Assembly (NCBI RefSeq): GCF_036971445.1
Contig: NC_091475.1
Location: forward strand, 201,624,001-201,688,000
Direction: 5' to 3'
Length of the DNA stretch: 64,000 bases
DNA from: Narcine bancroftii
Taxonomy: Eukaryota
Position numbers and translations under genes: made by a program
Shown here: positions 24,571 through 37,147 of the stretch, piece after piece
Layout: the number at the start of each line of letters is the position of its first letter
How positions within the stretch are numbered: position 1 is the stretch's first letter
Notes under the pieces: generated by a model
Database searches by the model: none
What the model was told of the DNA's origin: nothing
What the model saw: only the letters and a program-made list of their open reading frames with translations

Positions 24571-26103
24571 GTTGAGAATGCTCCCTCAGCTGTTACAGCC
24601 AAAATCTGATCGTTTTATTATTTCTATAGAAAGTCATTAGCACTGAAGGGTCTGTTTCCCTGCGTAAAAATAGTCTCTGCACTCCCAAAAACAACTCACT
24701 GAATGATAGAATTTGGAACATTTCAAAGTGATGTTTTTCTAAGTGTTGGGAGGTGTTCATATAACCATATAACAGTTTACAGCACGGAAACAGGCTATGT
24801 CGGCCCTTCAAGTCCGTACCGGTTCACTTCATAATAAAAAAAATTATTCAGCTTAATTTAGCCTGCTCTATTGGATTCTCTTTTCTTTTTAATAATTATA
24901 AATAAAATCTTTTTTAAAGTTAAGCAGAACAAACTGGAATTCAATCTGCTATTGTAGGTCCAGTCATTTGGTTTTGCTCTCCATCGAGAATCCAAATGAA
25001 AACACTAGGCATTAAACTGTAATTCTGGTTCTTAAAGTTTCAGAGAACACATCTTGATGATGTTCACTTGCAGACCTACAGAGTTAACTTCGCCAGTCCT
25101 TCACTTTCTATCCTAGTTGCACAGGAGCAAATCTCTGGCTATAGAAATAGGACACCACAGTAAGCATAGCAGTTACCGCAGCACCTATTACAGCGCCAGC
25201 GACCCAGGTTCGAATCCAGTGATTTGTGCAAGTGCATTCTTCGCATTTCTACGTGGATTTCCTCCAGATGCTCTGGTTTCCTCCCCACCTTTCAAACCTT
25301 AATGGAATTGAAAGTTAATTGGCGTATTAGGACAGCATTGGTTTGGGGGGTCAGAAAGGCCTGTTACTTTGCTTTCTGTCAATTTGTTTTAATTAAAAGA
25401 TTCTATTAGTTAAGTCATTTCGATCCACAATTGTTGGTATCTTGTTTATATAGTTTGAACCATCAGCTGTCCAGGCATTATTTGTGGCTACACTTCATGT
25501 GAAGTGGAAAGGGTTTTGTTTTTTTTAAATTTTAATTCATTTGCGAAATGTAGGGAATCCTTTCAAGGGTGGAATTCCGAATTCCTTTGAGTTGATGCTT
25601 GGGAGTCAACCACCGTGCTGTGTATCCTATAAGTCACATATAGGCCAGACTGGGTGAGAGCGCCAAAGATTTTTCTCAAGACAGTGTTAGCAAAGTAACT
25701 TTTTTTAAATTTGGTAAGAATCCAGTTATTTGTAATAAATTTGGATTTAAATTGATTAATTGCAAATGTCTGTAGATTGCTTCCATATTAACCTAGTAAT
25801 ATTTCTGTGACACTTTCTGCATTTTCACTTGGAAACAAATTGCAGGAATATGTGCAGATCTCTCAGTTAAATTGGAATGTTAACTTATATTGCATCAATT
25901 TTTGCAGAGCATCTAGGACCTTATGTATCTGGAATAGGATTTTCGAGTCTTTCCCTTCCCATCAATGTGTATAATTTCTCATTTGATAATTTAATATTCC
26001 CAGGTTCAGACATAGCAACAGTGCCCATATCTTGGAAATAAAAACAATTATTCATTGATTGCCATAAGTTTCTTCCTCACCTATCAAACCAATGGAAGAG
26101 CTT

Positions 26104-26325
26104 TTTAAATTTAGACATAGAACACAGTAACAGTCCATTTCGACCCATGCTACCCACTTAACCTACAAACCCTGGTGCGTTTTGAATGGTGGGAGGAAAC
26201 TGAAGCTCCTGGGAAAAAGCAATGCAGGCATGTACGTACAAACTCCTTACAGACAGCGCTGGATTCAAATCCCAGTCCCAATCGCTGACGCTGCAACAAC
26301 GTTGCGCTAACCATGCCACCCTAAG
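26104..26325 (-). mobile_element. V-SINE (HE1-like)
   Basis: Family core and B-box. Another degenerate plus-strand copy lies near 25150-25395. Confidence 0.65.
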
Positions 26326-27829
26326 ATGTGAGGTTTTGTTAAGGGGAGCAGCACTTCTTTGTAAGATGGAGAGGAGATTGAGGGTGATGGGGTTGAAATG
26401 CAGAGAAAGAAAATAGGATGTGCAATTCTAATTTATTCACAAAATACAGATGCTGATGGCATTACTTATTGCCCTTGAGAAAGTGGTGATGAGTACAGCA
26501 TTCCCTCTGGTGAAGCTGTTCCCATGGTGTTACTGAATAGGATAGGATTTAAATCTGTTGATAATAAAGGAGCTAAAATGTATTTCTCATTCAGGATGCT
26601 ATGTGATTTGGAAGGGAACCTGTTGCTCTTGCCCTTGGTCATGACTGCAATTTTGGAAGCCACTTCAGAGAACTCTAGCAAGTGTCATCAGTATATTTTG
26701 TAGATTGGACAGTATGCAGTCTTGGGGGGGGGGGGGGAGGGGGGCAATCTGAATGGTGTCCTGAACAGTTAACGCTTTGCCAACAAGAAAACAGGAAGGA
26801 AGTGTTAGTAAGTGTTCAAAACTGAGTTTCTCTCACTGGTGATGCCACCTGAAATGATATTTCCATTATGCTTTTTTTTTCTCTTTTTGTCGTAGCAGCG
26901 TGACTTGGAACAAAATAGAAGAACTGAGTGAAAATTATAGAATAGTGAAACCAGTGGTTTTGAAATTATTGTCAGCCGGATTGGATAGCCGGTTGGAAAA
27001 GTTCTGTTGTCAGTAGTAAAGTGACAATTAGATCAAATGAGCACAGGAAGATATGAGCGGGAATAGTCCGGCACATGTCTTTGCCTTCAATGTGATCATG
27101 GCTTATCTATGCTGGCCTTGATCCTTCTGTGTTCATTCCCATTACCCTCAATTCCTCTCAATGTACTTCATTCAGTACACCTGACAATAACCTTGAACTT
27201 GATTTTGTTCGCTCTACCAGGCCACTAATATAAACAACAAGTTGAAGATCAAGAACTAATCTTGTGTCTACTCCACTAGTTATATCCTTTCAGCCTGAAA
27301 AGGGTGCATTTCTTCATCAGGGTACATTTCTTCATCAGGACATCAAGGACTCAAATCCAAAACATTGGTTATGTATCTTTATCTTTATCTTTGCCAAATA
27401 AAGTACACTGATTTTTTTTTTCCTGAGTTTCTCCAGCATTATGTTTTTACTTCAACCATGGTGTCTGCAGACATTTTGTGTTTTACCCCAGTTAGCAATA
27501 GGAGTTTAGGTTGGAGAGAGCAAATGGAGAAATTGGAGACATTTCAATAAAACTGTTAATCTGACATCTAATTGCTCAGAAATACTGAGAGTACAATTTC
27601 TGATTTGTTTATTAGTCCACAATGTGAGCGAAGTGATCAGAGTGTAAGCTGGTTGTCTGGCCACTGAGTTGGGCTCCAGAATACTATGGGTCAGGATCTT
27701 GGGTAGATTGGTGTGTGTGTGTACATTTCCTGCTGCCTTTAAAGTCATCAACATCTTTAGAAGATTATCCTGCTGCTAGATAATGTTATAGAAAAAGGGA
27801 AATGCAAATCCAAAAAGGGGTGCGCACAG

Positions 27830-28470
27830 TTCAGCATCAGAATTTATTGTCATGAACAAGTCACAAAATTTGTTGTTTTGTGGCAGCGTCACAGGGCAAA
27901 CATTCATATTAACCTCCTTACAACAATAAATCAAAATAGTGCATGAAAAGTCAAAGTACGCCAGTGTCTTTGGCTCATTGATCATTCAAGAATCTAATGG
28001 CCGCTGAGTGCTCATCTTTTGGTTCCGGTACCATTTTCCTCAATGATAGCAGAGTGAAGAGGGCATGGCCTGGGTGGTGGGGGTCCTTGAGGATAGAGGG
28101 TGCTTTCTTAGGACCCACCTCTTGTAGGTGTCCTCAATGGAGTGAAGTCTGGTGCCCTTAATTAACAACCCTCTGGAGTGTTTTCTTGAGCTGAGCTTTG
28201 GCACCTCCGCACCAGACAGTGTTGCAACCAACTAGAATGCTCTCCACTGTACACCTCACAAAGTATAGCCACTGGCAAGCCTTCTTCATGATGGCATCGA
28301 AATGGAGGCTCCGGGACAGATCCTTGGAGATGTTGACACCCAGGAATTTGAAGTTCTTGACCCTCTCCACTACTGAGCCCTCGATGAAGATTGGATCGTG
28401 TTCTCCTGACTTTCTCCTGAAGTCCACAATCATCTCCTTGGTTTTGCAAGCATTGAGCATAACGTTGTTG
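27830..28470 (-). mobile_element. Rex/Babar-like LINE 3' region
   Basis: LNACKTKEMIVDFRR...VERVKNFKFLGVNI...KKACQWLYF. Confidence 0.8.
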
Positions 28471-29467
28471 GCAATAGTCCAGAAAATTTGCTAGTCTGGC
28501 ACCACAAAGGTCCCAGATTATTGGAATGAAGAATGGCAAGTTTAGGGCTGCAGTTGGGGTGCAGGTCAGATGTAGCAACCTGATTTGGATATTTCAGAAC
28601 ACTGAGCAAATGAATAAACATCTTGTTTGTCGAGCGATTCTTATTTTACTAAAAATAAAACAGGAACCTTGCAAAGCAGGTTGAGTAACTGCTAGAACTT
28701 GCAGAAAGCAAAATGTTAACAGTGATTTGTTGCAATCTTGATTGCATGCTTGAAAAACTGGGGGAAGTAGGATCAGTGGGGCGGGGGTGAGGAATACAAA
28801 GCTATGAAGGAGAAAAGTCCTCTGGATCTCTGCAAAAGAAGCAACAGGAGTGAGTCATTGGACCATCCTTCTTGTAATTGCATTTCAATGATTCTTAAGA
28901 TGATTGGATAACTGAAAAAACTTATTTGCATAAGAAAATTACAAGTGGGGAAAGTTCTGGTCCCCATAGGCTTGGGCAATGTTATTGTGAAGCTCGAACC
29001 ATTGTGATTGGAAACTCTCTGTCACACTCTGTTACCAAGGTAATCGCCTCGATCGAGGAAACTACAGAAAAGGGCTGATCACAAAATGGAAATCTGAAAC
29101 ATGCTTGCATTACCTGGTACTTCGCCCACCTGAATGATTGGGCCAAACCTTAGCCAGAAATTAGTCATGCTCTTTTGTTTTCAATATATTCAGGCCGCCA
29201 ACATTCACTATACGGACCAGATACCCATTCTATGGATCAGCTATTCATAATGAAACACCTAGCATCTAAATATAGTTTATATTTTAATGTGCCTGTCCCT
29301 GTTATTCATTGTCCCTGTTAATCCCCACTTTTGTAAAACAAATATCTTAATGATAGGAGCTGTCTTAATAATGAAGTGTTGAAGAATTTATTAACTGCAC
29401 AAATGCTGTTGAACTTCAATTGATTCGCATTCTTTATTTTTCCAGTTAGACTCCTGGATTAGTGTTC

Positions 29468-30229
29468 ATGATGGCTGCTACAATCGTACACGATACCTCA
29501 GAGGCTGTCGAGCTGTTTGCCCCACAAGGATTGTTCCTGAAGCCGATTGCCAAGATGACCATCAGTGTGTCTCTCCCTCAACTGAAGCAGCCTGGAAAAT
29601 CCATATCAAACTGGGAGGTGATGGAGAGGCTCAAGTGCATGGTTCATCCCGAGCAGTTTGCCACGCTTCGTGTATCCAAGAGCACAATGGATTTTGTTCG
29701 CTTTGAGGGGGAAGTGGAAAACAAGAACATGGTGAAAACTTTTCTTTCGAAGCTGGATGCCAAGACAATTAAACTCAGTGGCTTCACAGATACTTTAAAA
29801 GTACGAGCAGCTGAGGTTAAAATAGACTTCCCGACCCGTCACGACTGGGACTCTTTCTTCCGGGACGCCAAAGATGTCAACGAGACTTTACCAGGAGAGA
29901 GGCCAGACACTATTCATTTAGAAGGATTGCCATGCAAATGGTTTGCACTGAAAAACTCCAGCTCAGAAAAGCCAAGTGACTTTATCTTACGCAAGGTGTT
30001 TGAAACCTTTGGCAAGATTAGGAATGTGGACATCCCAATGTTGGACCCTTACAGGGAGGAAATGACAGGGAAGAACTTTCACACCTTCAGTTTCGGTGGG
30101 CATTTGAACTTTGAAGCCTACATTCAATTCCAGGAATATATAGGATTTGTGAAGGCCATGGATGCCCTGAGGGGCATGAAACTACTGTACAAAGGTGATG
30201 ATGCGAAGGCAGTGGCCTGCAGCATAAAG
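29468..30229 (+). CDS. AKAP17A: AKAP17A coding exon 1 (254 codons; includes the RRM-like region)
   Basis: MMAATIVHDTSEAVEL...KPIAKMTISVSLPQLKQPGKSISNWEVMERLK...AVACSIK closely matches human AKAP17A. Acceptor TTTTTCCAG ends at 29445 and donor AAG|GTGAGT follows 30229. The true start is ATG 29468, not the GTG at 29462. Confidence 0.97.
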
Positions 30230-30477
30230 GTGAGTGCTTCATGTATTTTCTGCATCACACGTTGGGTGAAAATGGAGTGAGGCCATGTAATTTAATGAGT
30301 GGAATTTAATAACAATGGGATTTTTGGAAAAAAATATTAATTTGGTATTCACCAAGATGGAAGGTATGGATAGTAGTGAGGTCAGAATTGTATTCCTGAT
30401 TATACTAGGGTATATTGATATCAAGATGGGGGTGGTGTTGGATTGAATAACATTAACATGGAAACATCTCTATAGCC

Positions 30478-31066
30478 CAGGGGTGGCCAAACCTGCTAAC
30501 GTGAGAGTATACATACTGCATAAACTCGTGTAATGGTAGAAACTTGTGGACCAATTTTTAGGGTAAAATTTAAAGGGTCGACTATTACATACATACTACT
30601 TTTGACCGTGGTAGGTACCTATGTCATTTGGGGCATTGGGTGCTCAGATGAGTGGGTGGCTGGTGCTTAGGCAGGAATCTGCGGTCGGGGCATCAGGAGC
30701 TCGGATAGGAGGGCTACTGGGGCCACTGGAGTTCAGATGGGCGGGCGGGTTACTGGGACTAGGTGCTAAGTCTGCATTCGGGGCATTGGGAGCTTCAATA
30801 GGCGGTCAGAAAGTACCTAGGTGAGAGTCTGCGGTCGGGGCATCAGAAGCTCCGGAGGGCGGCCGTTGAGTGCTCAGATGGGCGGGCGGCCTTTGCATGT
30901 TATTCACTATTACGTGCGAATATACAGTATGTGTACCAAATATTTTCATTCACAAGTCATGCCCACCAAAACTAACATTATGAGCATCGGCTGGTATGAT
31001 TCCTGTCTCAGCCAACATATTTCTGTGAGCTGCACATTAAATGCAAGCGATGGTTCGGCCACCCTG
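30478..31066. mobile_element. Possible non-autonomous hAT element with an internal degenerate GC-rich tandem repeat (30620-30895)
   Basis: CAGGGGTGGCCAAACC ... GGTTCGGCCACCCTG inverted ends. No clear TSD. Confidence 0.45.
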
Positions 31067-31249
31067 ATGGGTCTATCCCTGGTTATCGACATGGGAAACA
31101 GGGGAGATTGCAGGCTCCATGACTATACCCTCTCCACTTACGAAAGGTCTCGAGACTGAGGAACTATCTAATTCTATTTAGGAAGGGCAATTCAGATAGT
31201 ACAGCAAATTAGAGAGCAGTGAGCCTTGCTTTAGTGGTAAGGAAGTATT

Positions 31250-32690
31250 TGGAATGGAGTCTCAAGAATAAAACATGCTTGGATTTGGAAGAGTGTGGGC
31301 TTATTATGGATAATCAGCATGGCTTTGTGTGTGGCCTGTGAATTTGATTGAGTGTTTTGAGGAATTGGGAAAGCTGACTTTGAATAGTGACTACATGAAT
31401 GTTAATAAAGCAGTGGACAATCCCTCATGCTAAGGCTGATCCTGAAGATTAAGACCTGTGGGATCTATGTTGACTTGTTAGATTGGATTCAAAGTTACTT
31501 TGTCCATAGATGATAGAATGTAGAGATGGAGAGGTGTTTTTCTGGCAGAAGTCTATAACCAGCGGTGCTCCACAGGGATCAGTGCTGGCACGACTGTTTG
31601 TGATATATATAAATGTCTTACATAAAAATGTACATGGGCTGATGAGCAAGTTTGCAGATGGCACAAAGTTGGTGGAGTTGTGGATAGTTAAGTCCAACTT
31701 TGATACAGTTAAGGTGGGAATACGAACAGAGAAATGGCAGATGGAGTTTTATCCAACCAAGTGTGAGGTGTTACACATTGGGAGGACAAATGCAAGAGAA
31801 TGGAGCAATGATGTACAGTGGGATCTCAGGGTGCAAATCAATAGCAATGCAAGTAGATTGGTCCTGAAAGAAGGCGATGGCTAATGTGATTTATGGTGTG
31901 AAAAATAAAAAAATTTAAAAAAAAATAAATAAATAAATAGAAATTGGGGTGTTGAGTATTAAAGTCAGAAAGTTGTATTGCAATTGTATAAAATTTTGTT
32001 CAGACCACATCTGGCTGATTGTTTGCCGTCTAGTTGTCATATAGGAACAATGTGGAGGATTTGGAGAGAGTAAAGGTAAAGGCTCCATTATTACCACGTA
32101 ATACTAAATATAGAATGTAATATACATGAAATTCTTTAACTTTTGTCTATCAGAAGGCAGAGAGAGAGTCGCCAATCTGTCCAGCGCCCCTCACAGAAAC
32201 CTACAGCACCTGGTGTTCTAAAGTGGTCTCCCCACCAAGTACTGACCAATCCTGAGCCAGTTTAGCTTCCGAGATCAGACAGTCTCGGGTATATTCAGGC
32301 TATCAGGGAGTACAGTACAGAGACAGTTCACCAGAATGTTTCCTGGATAGGAACAGATTTTATTTTCTAACCTGAAGTTTAGGAGGTGATCTTATAGAGG
32401 TGTATAAAATCCTTCCCAGGGGAAGGAGAATCTGAAACTAGAAAACATAAGCTTTAAGCTGAGAGGGGAAAAATTTAGAAGGGTCTTGAGGGGCATTCTT
32501 TCCACACAGGATAGTGTACATATTGGAAAGAACTGCCAGAAGAAACAATAAAGGTGGGTACAATAGACATTCAAAATACTTTTGGACTGGTATATGGATA
32601 GGAAGTTTTGGACAAGCCAAGATTGACAACTTGGTCGGAATAGACAAGTTGGGCTGAAGGGCCGGTTTCTCTACTGCATAATTGTATGAC
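31250..32690 (+). mobile_element. CR1-like LINE RT and 3' end, interrupted by a 5S-derived element
   Basis: SGAPQGSVL..LFVIYIN...SKFADGTKL...WQMEFYPTKCEVLHIG. Confidence 0.75.
32071..32308 (-). mobile_element. 5S rRNA-derived SINE (SINE3-like) or 5S-LINE-tail chimera
   Basis: 32197-32308 is the reverse complement of a diverged 5S rRNA (GATCTCGGAAGCTAA...AGTACTTGG...GAGACC...GGTGCTGTAGG). It is followed by a ~125-bp tail ending in CCTTTACCTTTA. Confidence 0.8.
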
Positions 32691-32824
32691 TATTCATAGC
32701 TCAATACAGAATTATGTTTGACTGAGGTCATGGAGGGAAAGCAGAGAAAGTGGGAATTACTGTCCAGAAGCCATGTATTGACAATAGGGCTGAAATTGTT
32801 TTCAGAAGTCTTCTTCTAATCTAG

Positions 32825-32973
32825 GTGACATTTGATACAACAAAGCATCTGAGCGACTCCTCGATCAGGAGAAGACAGATGGAGAGACAGAAGCTGCAGG
32901 AACTGGAGCTGCAGCGGGAAGAACAGAAACGTCGAGAGAAAGAGGAAGAAGTGCGAAGAAAAGATGAGGAAAG
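32825..32973 (+). CDS. AKAP17A: AKAP17A coding exon 2 (149 nt)
   Basis: VTFDTTKHLSDSSIRRRQMERQKLQELELQREEQKRREKEEE. CTAG acceptor, AG|GTAC donor, phase consistent with neighbours. Confidence 0.96.
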
Positions 32974-33049
32974 GTACACTGGTTTGATTGAGCTGAAACA
33001 AACTTTCAGGCAGCAGTATTTTACAATAGACATGCAAGCATGATTGAAT

Positions 33050-33693
33050 CTGAAAACAAGTCTGATTGTCATCTGATTGCACAAGTACAACCTGATGAAG
33101 TAGTTTTCTCTGGTCCTTGGTGCAAAACATCCAGATACACAGCCAGACATACAACCATATAAACAAACAATAAATATGCAGGATAAGTATTCATATATGC
33201 AAATAAATAAATATTATTTTGTGAATATGAGAGTCTTGGAGGGTCAGTGTGAGCAGTTCCTTTGGTCCTTCAACATTCTCACTGCCCGTGGGAAGAAGCT
33301 GTTCCTCAGCCTGGTGGTGCTGGCTCTGATCCTCCTGGATCTCTTTCCTGATGGGAGCGGCTGAAAGATGCAGAAGAGGCTCTCAATGATTTTACATGCC
33401 CTCTTTGGATAATGATCCCAGAGGATCACATCGATGGGGAAGTGGGAGACTCCAGTGATCCTCTCTGCCATATTTGTGGTCCTGTAGATTGACCTCCGAT
33501 CCATTTCTCTGCAGCAACCATATCACATTGTAATGCAGGATGCTCTTGATAGAGCTCTTGTATAAGGTTTACGTGATGGTGGCTGGTGGCCTTGCTCGCT
33601 TTAATCTTCTCAGGAAGTGCAATTGCTGTTGCGCCTTCCTGACAAGTGAGGAGATGTTGTATGTCCACGTTAGGTCACTAGTTAAATGGACTC
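33050..33693 (-). mobile_element. Rex/Babar-like LINE 3' region; continues at 35275-35350 after the LTR-derived insertion
   Basis: LPSGKRSRRIRASTTRLRNSFFPRAVRML. Upstream VERVESTKFL at 35280-35320. Confidence 0.75.
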
Positions 33694-35274
33694 TGTGACA
33701 GATTATGTTATATTTTATCTTATTTTATAGATATGTTTTAGAGGAGATAAATTGTGGGTTTTTCTTTTAGTTAGGTCACAAACACTTTACAACGCAGATC
33801 TCATGTAAAATGCCAGAGCTCTGCTCAACCCAGGTAGTCCAGGCTCCCAGGGCCTTTGTAAAGACAATGCTTTGCTAAAGGACTTCACAAGTAGGTGTTA
33901 ATTGGACGTTCTGTAGAGTAATGGATTATTGTTTTGGAAAGCAACAGATGAACGGACGCAGAATATTGGATCTGGTGCCACAGTCTGTCTGAATACAGTT
34001 TGCTTTTCGAAGAAGGCCACGTGGATTTGCGAGAGAGAGAGAGAGAGAGAGAGGAGACCAAACAAGTTTTCTCTGAGAGAGACTTTTGGGTAGTGGCTTT
34101 TGGAAGCTTGTTGAAACCCCATTTTTGAAGACGGGTTGTGAGTTCTAAATTCAGCCTGTTGGGAACCCTTGTGATCCATACAAGAGGAGATGGCTGGCTG
34201 TATAATGTTTTGGCTGAGATAAGGGAAACAGAAAAGGAACTCTTGTGGTGACCTGAAAGAAAGAGGTTATCATCTGGAAAACCCTGATGGGGCAAGTTTC
34301 TTCGGCAAGACACTGAAGTGGCTGATCAGAAAGAATCGCTTTGTGTCCAACGAGCAACAAATCTCTCTCTGAAAAATGACAAGAACCTTCCTGAGCGGTA
34401 ACCATTTACCTTTCATCCACCAAAGCCTGGTGAAGATTCATAAATGTTAAATCCTCTGCACAGTATAAGAATTGCCTGAAATACCTCTTCAGCGGAGAAT
34501 CCACAGTGGACCGGCTCCCAACTCCACGGTTGCCGGACACTCCTTGGCTTCTGGGGCTTTGGGCTCTTCCTGGTGTTAGGTCTGCTTTGTTCATGAATGA
34601 GTGAGACAAACACCAGGCTGAGTCGAAATCAGGGTTCTTTGTTCTTTATTACCGGATTGTAACACTTGCGACTAACCATGTTAGTCGGAGAATGCATTCT
34701 GCCGTTATCAGCAAAATGGTGATTTTTTATACCCTTGGATATGTGCTTAGAACATCATCATATCATTACTTGTCCAATGACTAAAACTGTTGCTATCCTT
34801 TCCCTGCTAGCTTCCTGCCTCTCAATCCATCAATGTCTCTCTTATCTTGTAAGTACAAGGATGCATTCACATCTTGTTACAGCCCTGTACATTCCCATCT
34901 CATGATGTTTTACCTAACAGGAGTACAAGGACACCTCCCCTTCTTGTTACAGCCCTGTACAGGGTAACTCCTTACACATTCCCATCTCATGATGTTTTAC
35001 CTTACACTGGTCAGTCTGCTCTGCTGCTTTTGCTGGAGAGAGGACTTCGGGTGAACTGTCCTCATCATCAGTGATGGGACTTCCATTGCTCTCGGGGCTC
35101 CCTCCCTCTTGCGACTTGGATTCCTCACCCTCCTCCCCTGCTGCACCATCACCCTCTTTGGTCACTGGGAGCCTGGACAGTCTGGCTTGAGCAGAGCTCT
35201 GGCATTTTAAATGAGATCTTATCTCCTTTAAAACGTATCTACATACAATATAAAATATAACATAATCTGTCCCA
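33694..35274. mobile_element. Composite LTR-derived insertion with inverted termini
   Basis: About 790 bp of LTR 5' sequence in + orientation, a non-LTR core, then ~110 bp of the same LTR 5' end inverted (35165-35274). 4-bp TSD ACTC at 33690-33693 and 35275-35278. Confidence 0.75.
34574..35006 (-). mobile_element. Nested solo LTR (433 bp) of another family
   Basis: TGTTAGG...CCTTACA ends, 4-bp TSD CTGG, minus-strand AATAAA near 34645, internal tandem duplication near 34870-35000. Confidence 0.8.
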
Positions 35275-36603
35275 ACTCTAAGGAACTTGGTGCTTTCCAC
35301 TCTCTCCAGGACATCCTTATCCCTCAAGAGGGATAAGAATGCACCTCTCCTACCAGAGATTGTTTTATTTTGAAGGACACCAACAAAAGAGGTGATACAT
35401 TATTTAATTTGCTATTGTTGCTACATCACTAATAATGGAGAAAAAAACCCAGAATGAATTTGGCACAGGGTAACATACCTGCTGAGATTGCTTTTGACAA
35501 ATGACTGAACTAATCTGTCAGCTGCTGAACTTTACTGTGTCCAACCATCTGTCCTTAAGTAGGGCTGAAAATAATTGATACCATAAGTTCGCCATCACGT
35601 CTGTTATTTAACCTGAATTGCTGTAAGGTAGAGTCATTTTGGATGGTTGCATCAGGGAAATAATTTGTTGTGGTTCCGTAAAAATTGATTTCAAAAGCTT
35701 TGTTTTATCATGGGCATTAAGGTTCATTGAACGTACAAAGTGAGGAAGCAAAGTCTTCAGCTCTTGCTTTAGAAACAATTTTTAAGTGTCTGAACTACGA
35801 CATCTTTGTCATGTGCAATTGCTTTGATAGCTTATTTCAGCCCCACAATGTCTACTACAGAGAAGGCGAAGGGAAGCAATGTCATTGAAACTTAAACTTG
35901 AATTGATGAAGTACCTCAAGATGTCGCAAAGCACATCACATTACTGAAGGATCTTCGCTGTTGTAAAATAGGAAAAGAGCGGCTAACTTGTTCACAACCA
36001 CCTCCCAGGAATAGACAAAAGTCCAAATCATGTGGCATGTTGCATGTTGATAGAGGGGATAAATATTGGCCAAGACACCATTAATAGTTTTCGTCCCATT
36101 CAAAGTAATGCTGTTGGATCTTTACATAGACAGTCAGCAGGGCCTCCGTTTAATGATTTTACTCACTGGTTCTCATACTGACTGTCTCATTATGATAGAA
36201 TTATTCATTTACTCACAGACCAGTCAGAATACAATGTGGGCTAGAAATTACAGCTATTCTAATGTGCTATATTTGCTGCTTTGTACAGGCCTGATCCCCC
36301 TACATAAAATAGGCTTATAATTTGTTTCATTCTTATTGAGCTGTTTTATTTAGCCTTATTTTCATTGATCTTATCTGGTTAATAGAAATGCTACATTGTT
36401 ATTAAAACACAGTGCATCACATTGTCTGTTCAGTACATTTAGTGAGTTTAATGATAGCTATAAATCTGAATATAAGGAAATCATTTGAATTTGCATTTGA
36501 CTAAGAGACTTCTATCACTAATTTTTGGTCAGAGTTCATCTTTCTCCTTAGTCTCTAACTTAAGTCAGTCCACTGGTCAGCTTGATGTCATTCTAAATTA
36601 TTT

Positions 36604-36832
36604 TTTAAAATTTAGACATACAGCACAGGAACGGGCCCTTTTGGCCCACAAGCTCATGCCACCCAATTGACCTACAACCCCCGGTATGTTTTAAACATTG
36701 GGAGGAAACCGGAGCCTCCAGGGAAAACCCACGCAGACACAGGGAGAGCGTATAAACTCCTTCCAGACAGCGCGGGATTCGAACCCCATTCCCGATCGTT
36801 GGTGTGGTTGCAGCTTCGCTAACCATGCTGTC
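36604..36832 (-). mobile_element. V-SINE (HE1-like), well preserved
   Basis: Full family structure including the GGTTCGAATCCC B-box. Confidence 0.8.
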
Positions 36833-36915
36833 CTATTCCTTTGGAAATGTTACATATCGCGCAGAATGGATCGCTGACTGCTTTACTTCCTTCTCTTTGG
36901 CTCTGCTTCCACTAG

Positions 36916-37147
36916 GAAACAGAGGGAGTTTGAAGAGCAGGAGAGAGAAAAGAAGAGAGAAGAAAAGGTGAGAAAGAGAGAGCAGAAGCAGAAGGAGCGG
37001 GAGGAGCGGCGAAATGTGCGCAAGCTGCAGCGCGAGGAGCAGAAAAAACTGCAGGAGAAAATTGCCCTGGAGGAAAGAAAACTCCTTTTGGCACAGAGGA
37101 ACCTACAGTCCATCCGACTTATTGCAGAGCTGCTCAGCAGAGCCAAG
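36916..37147 (+). CDS. AKAP17A: AKAP17A coding exon 3 (232 nt, coiled coil)
   Basis: KQREFEEQERE...EERKLLLAQRNLQSIRLIAELLSRAK, C-terminal part identical to human. Polypyrimidine tract plus CTAG acceptor, AAG|GTGAGT donor. Confidence 0.97.
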
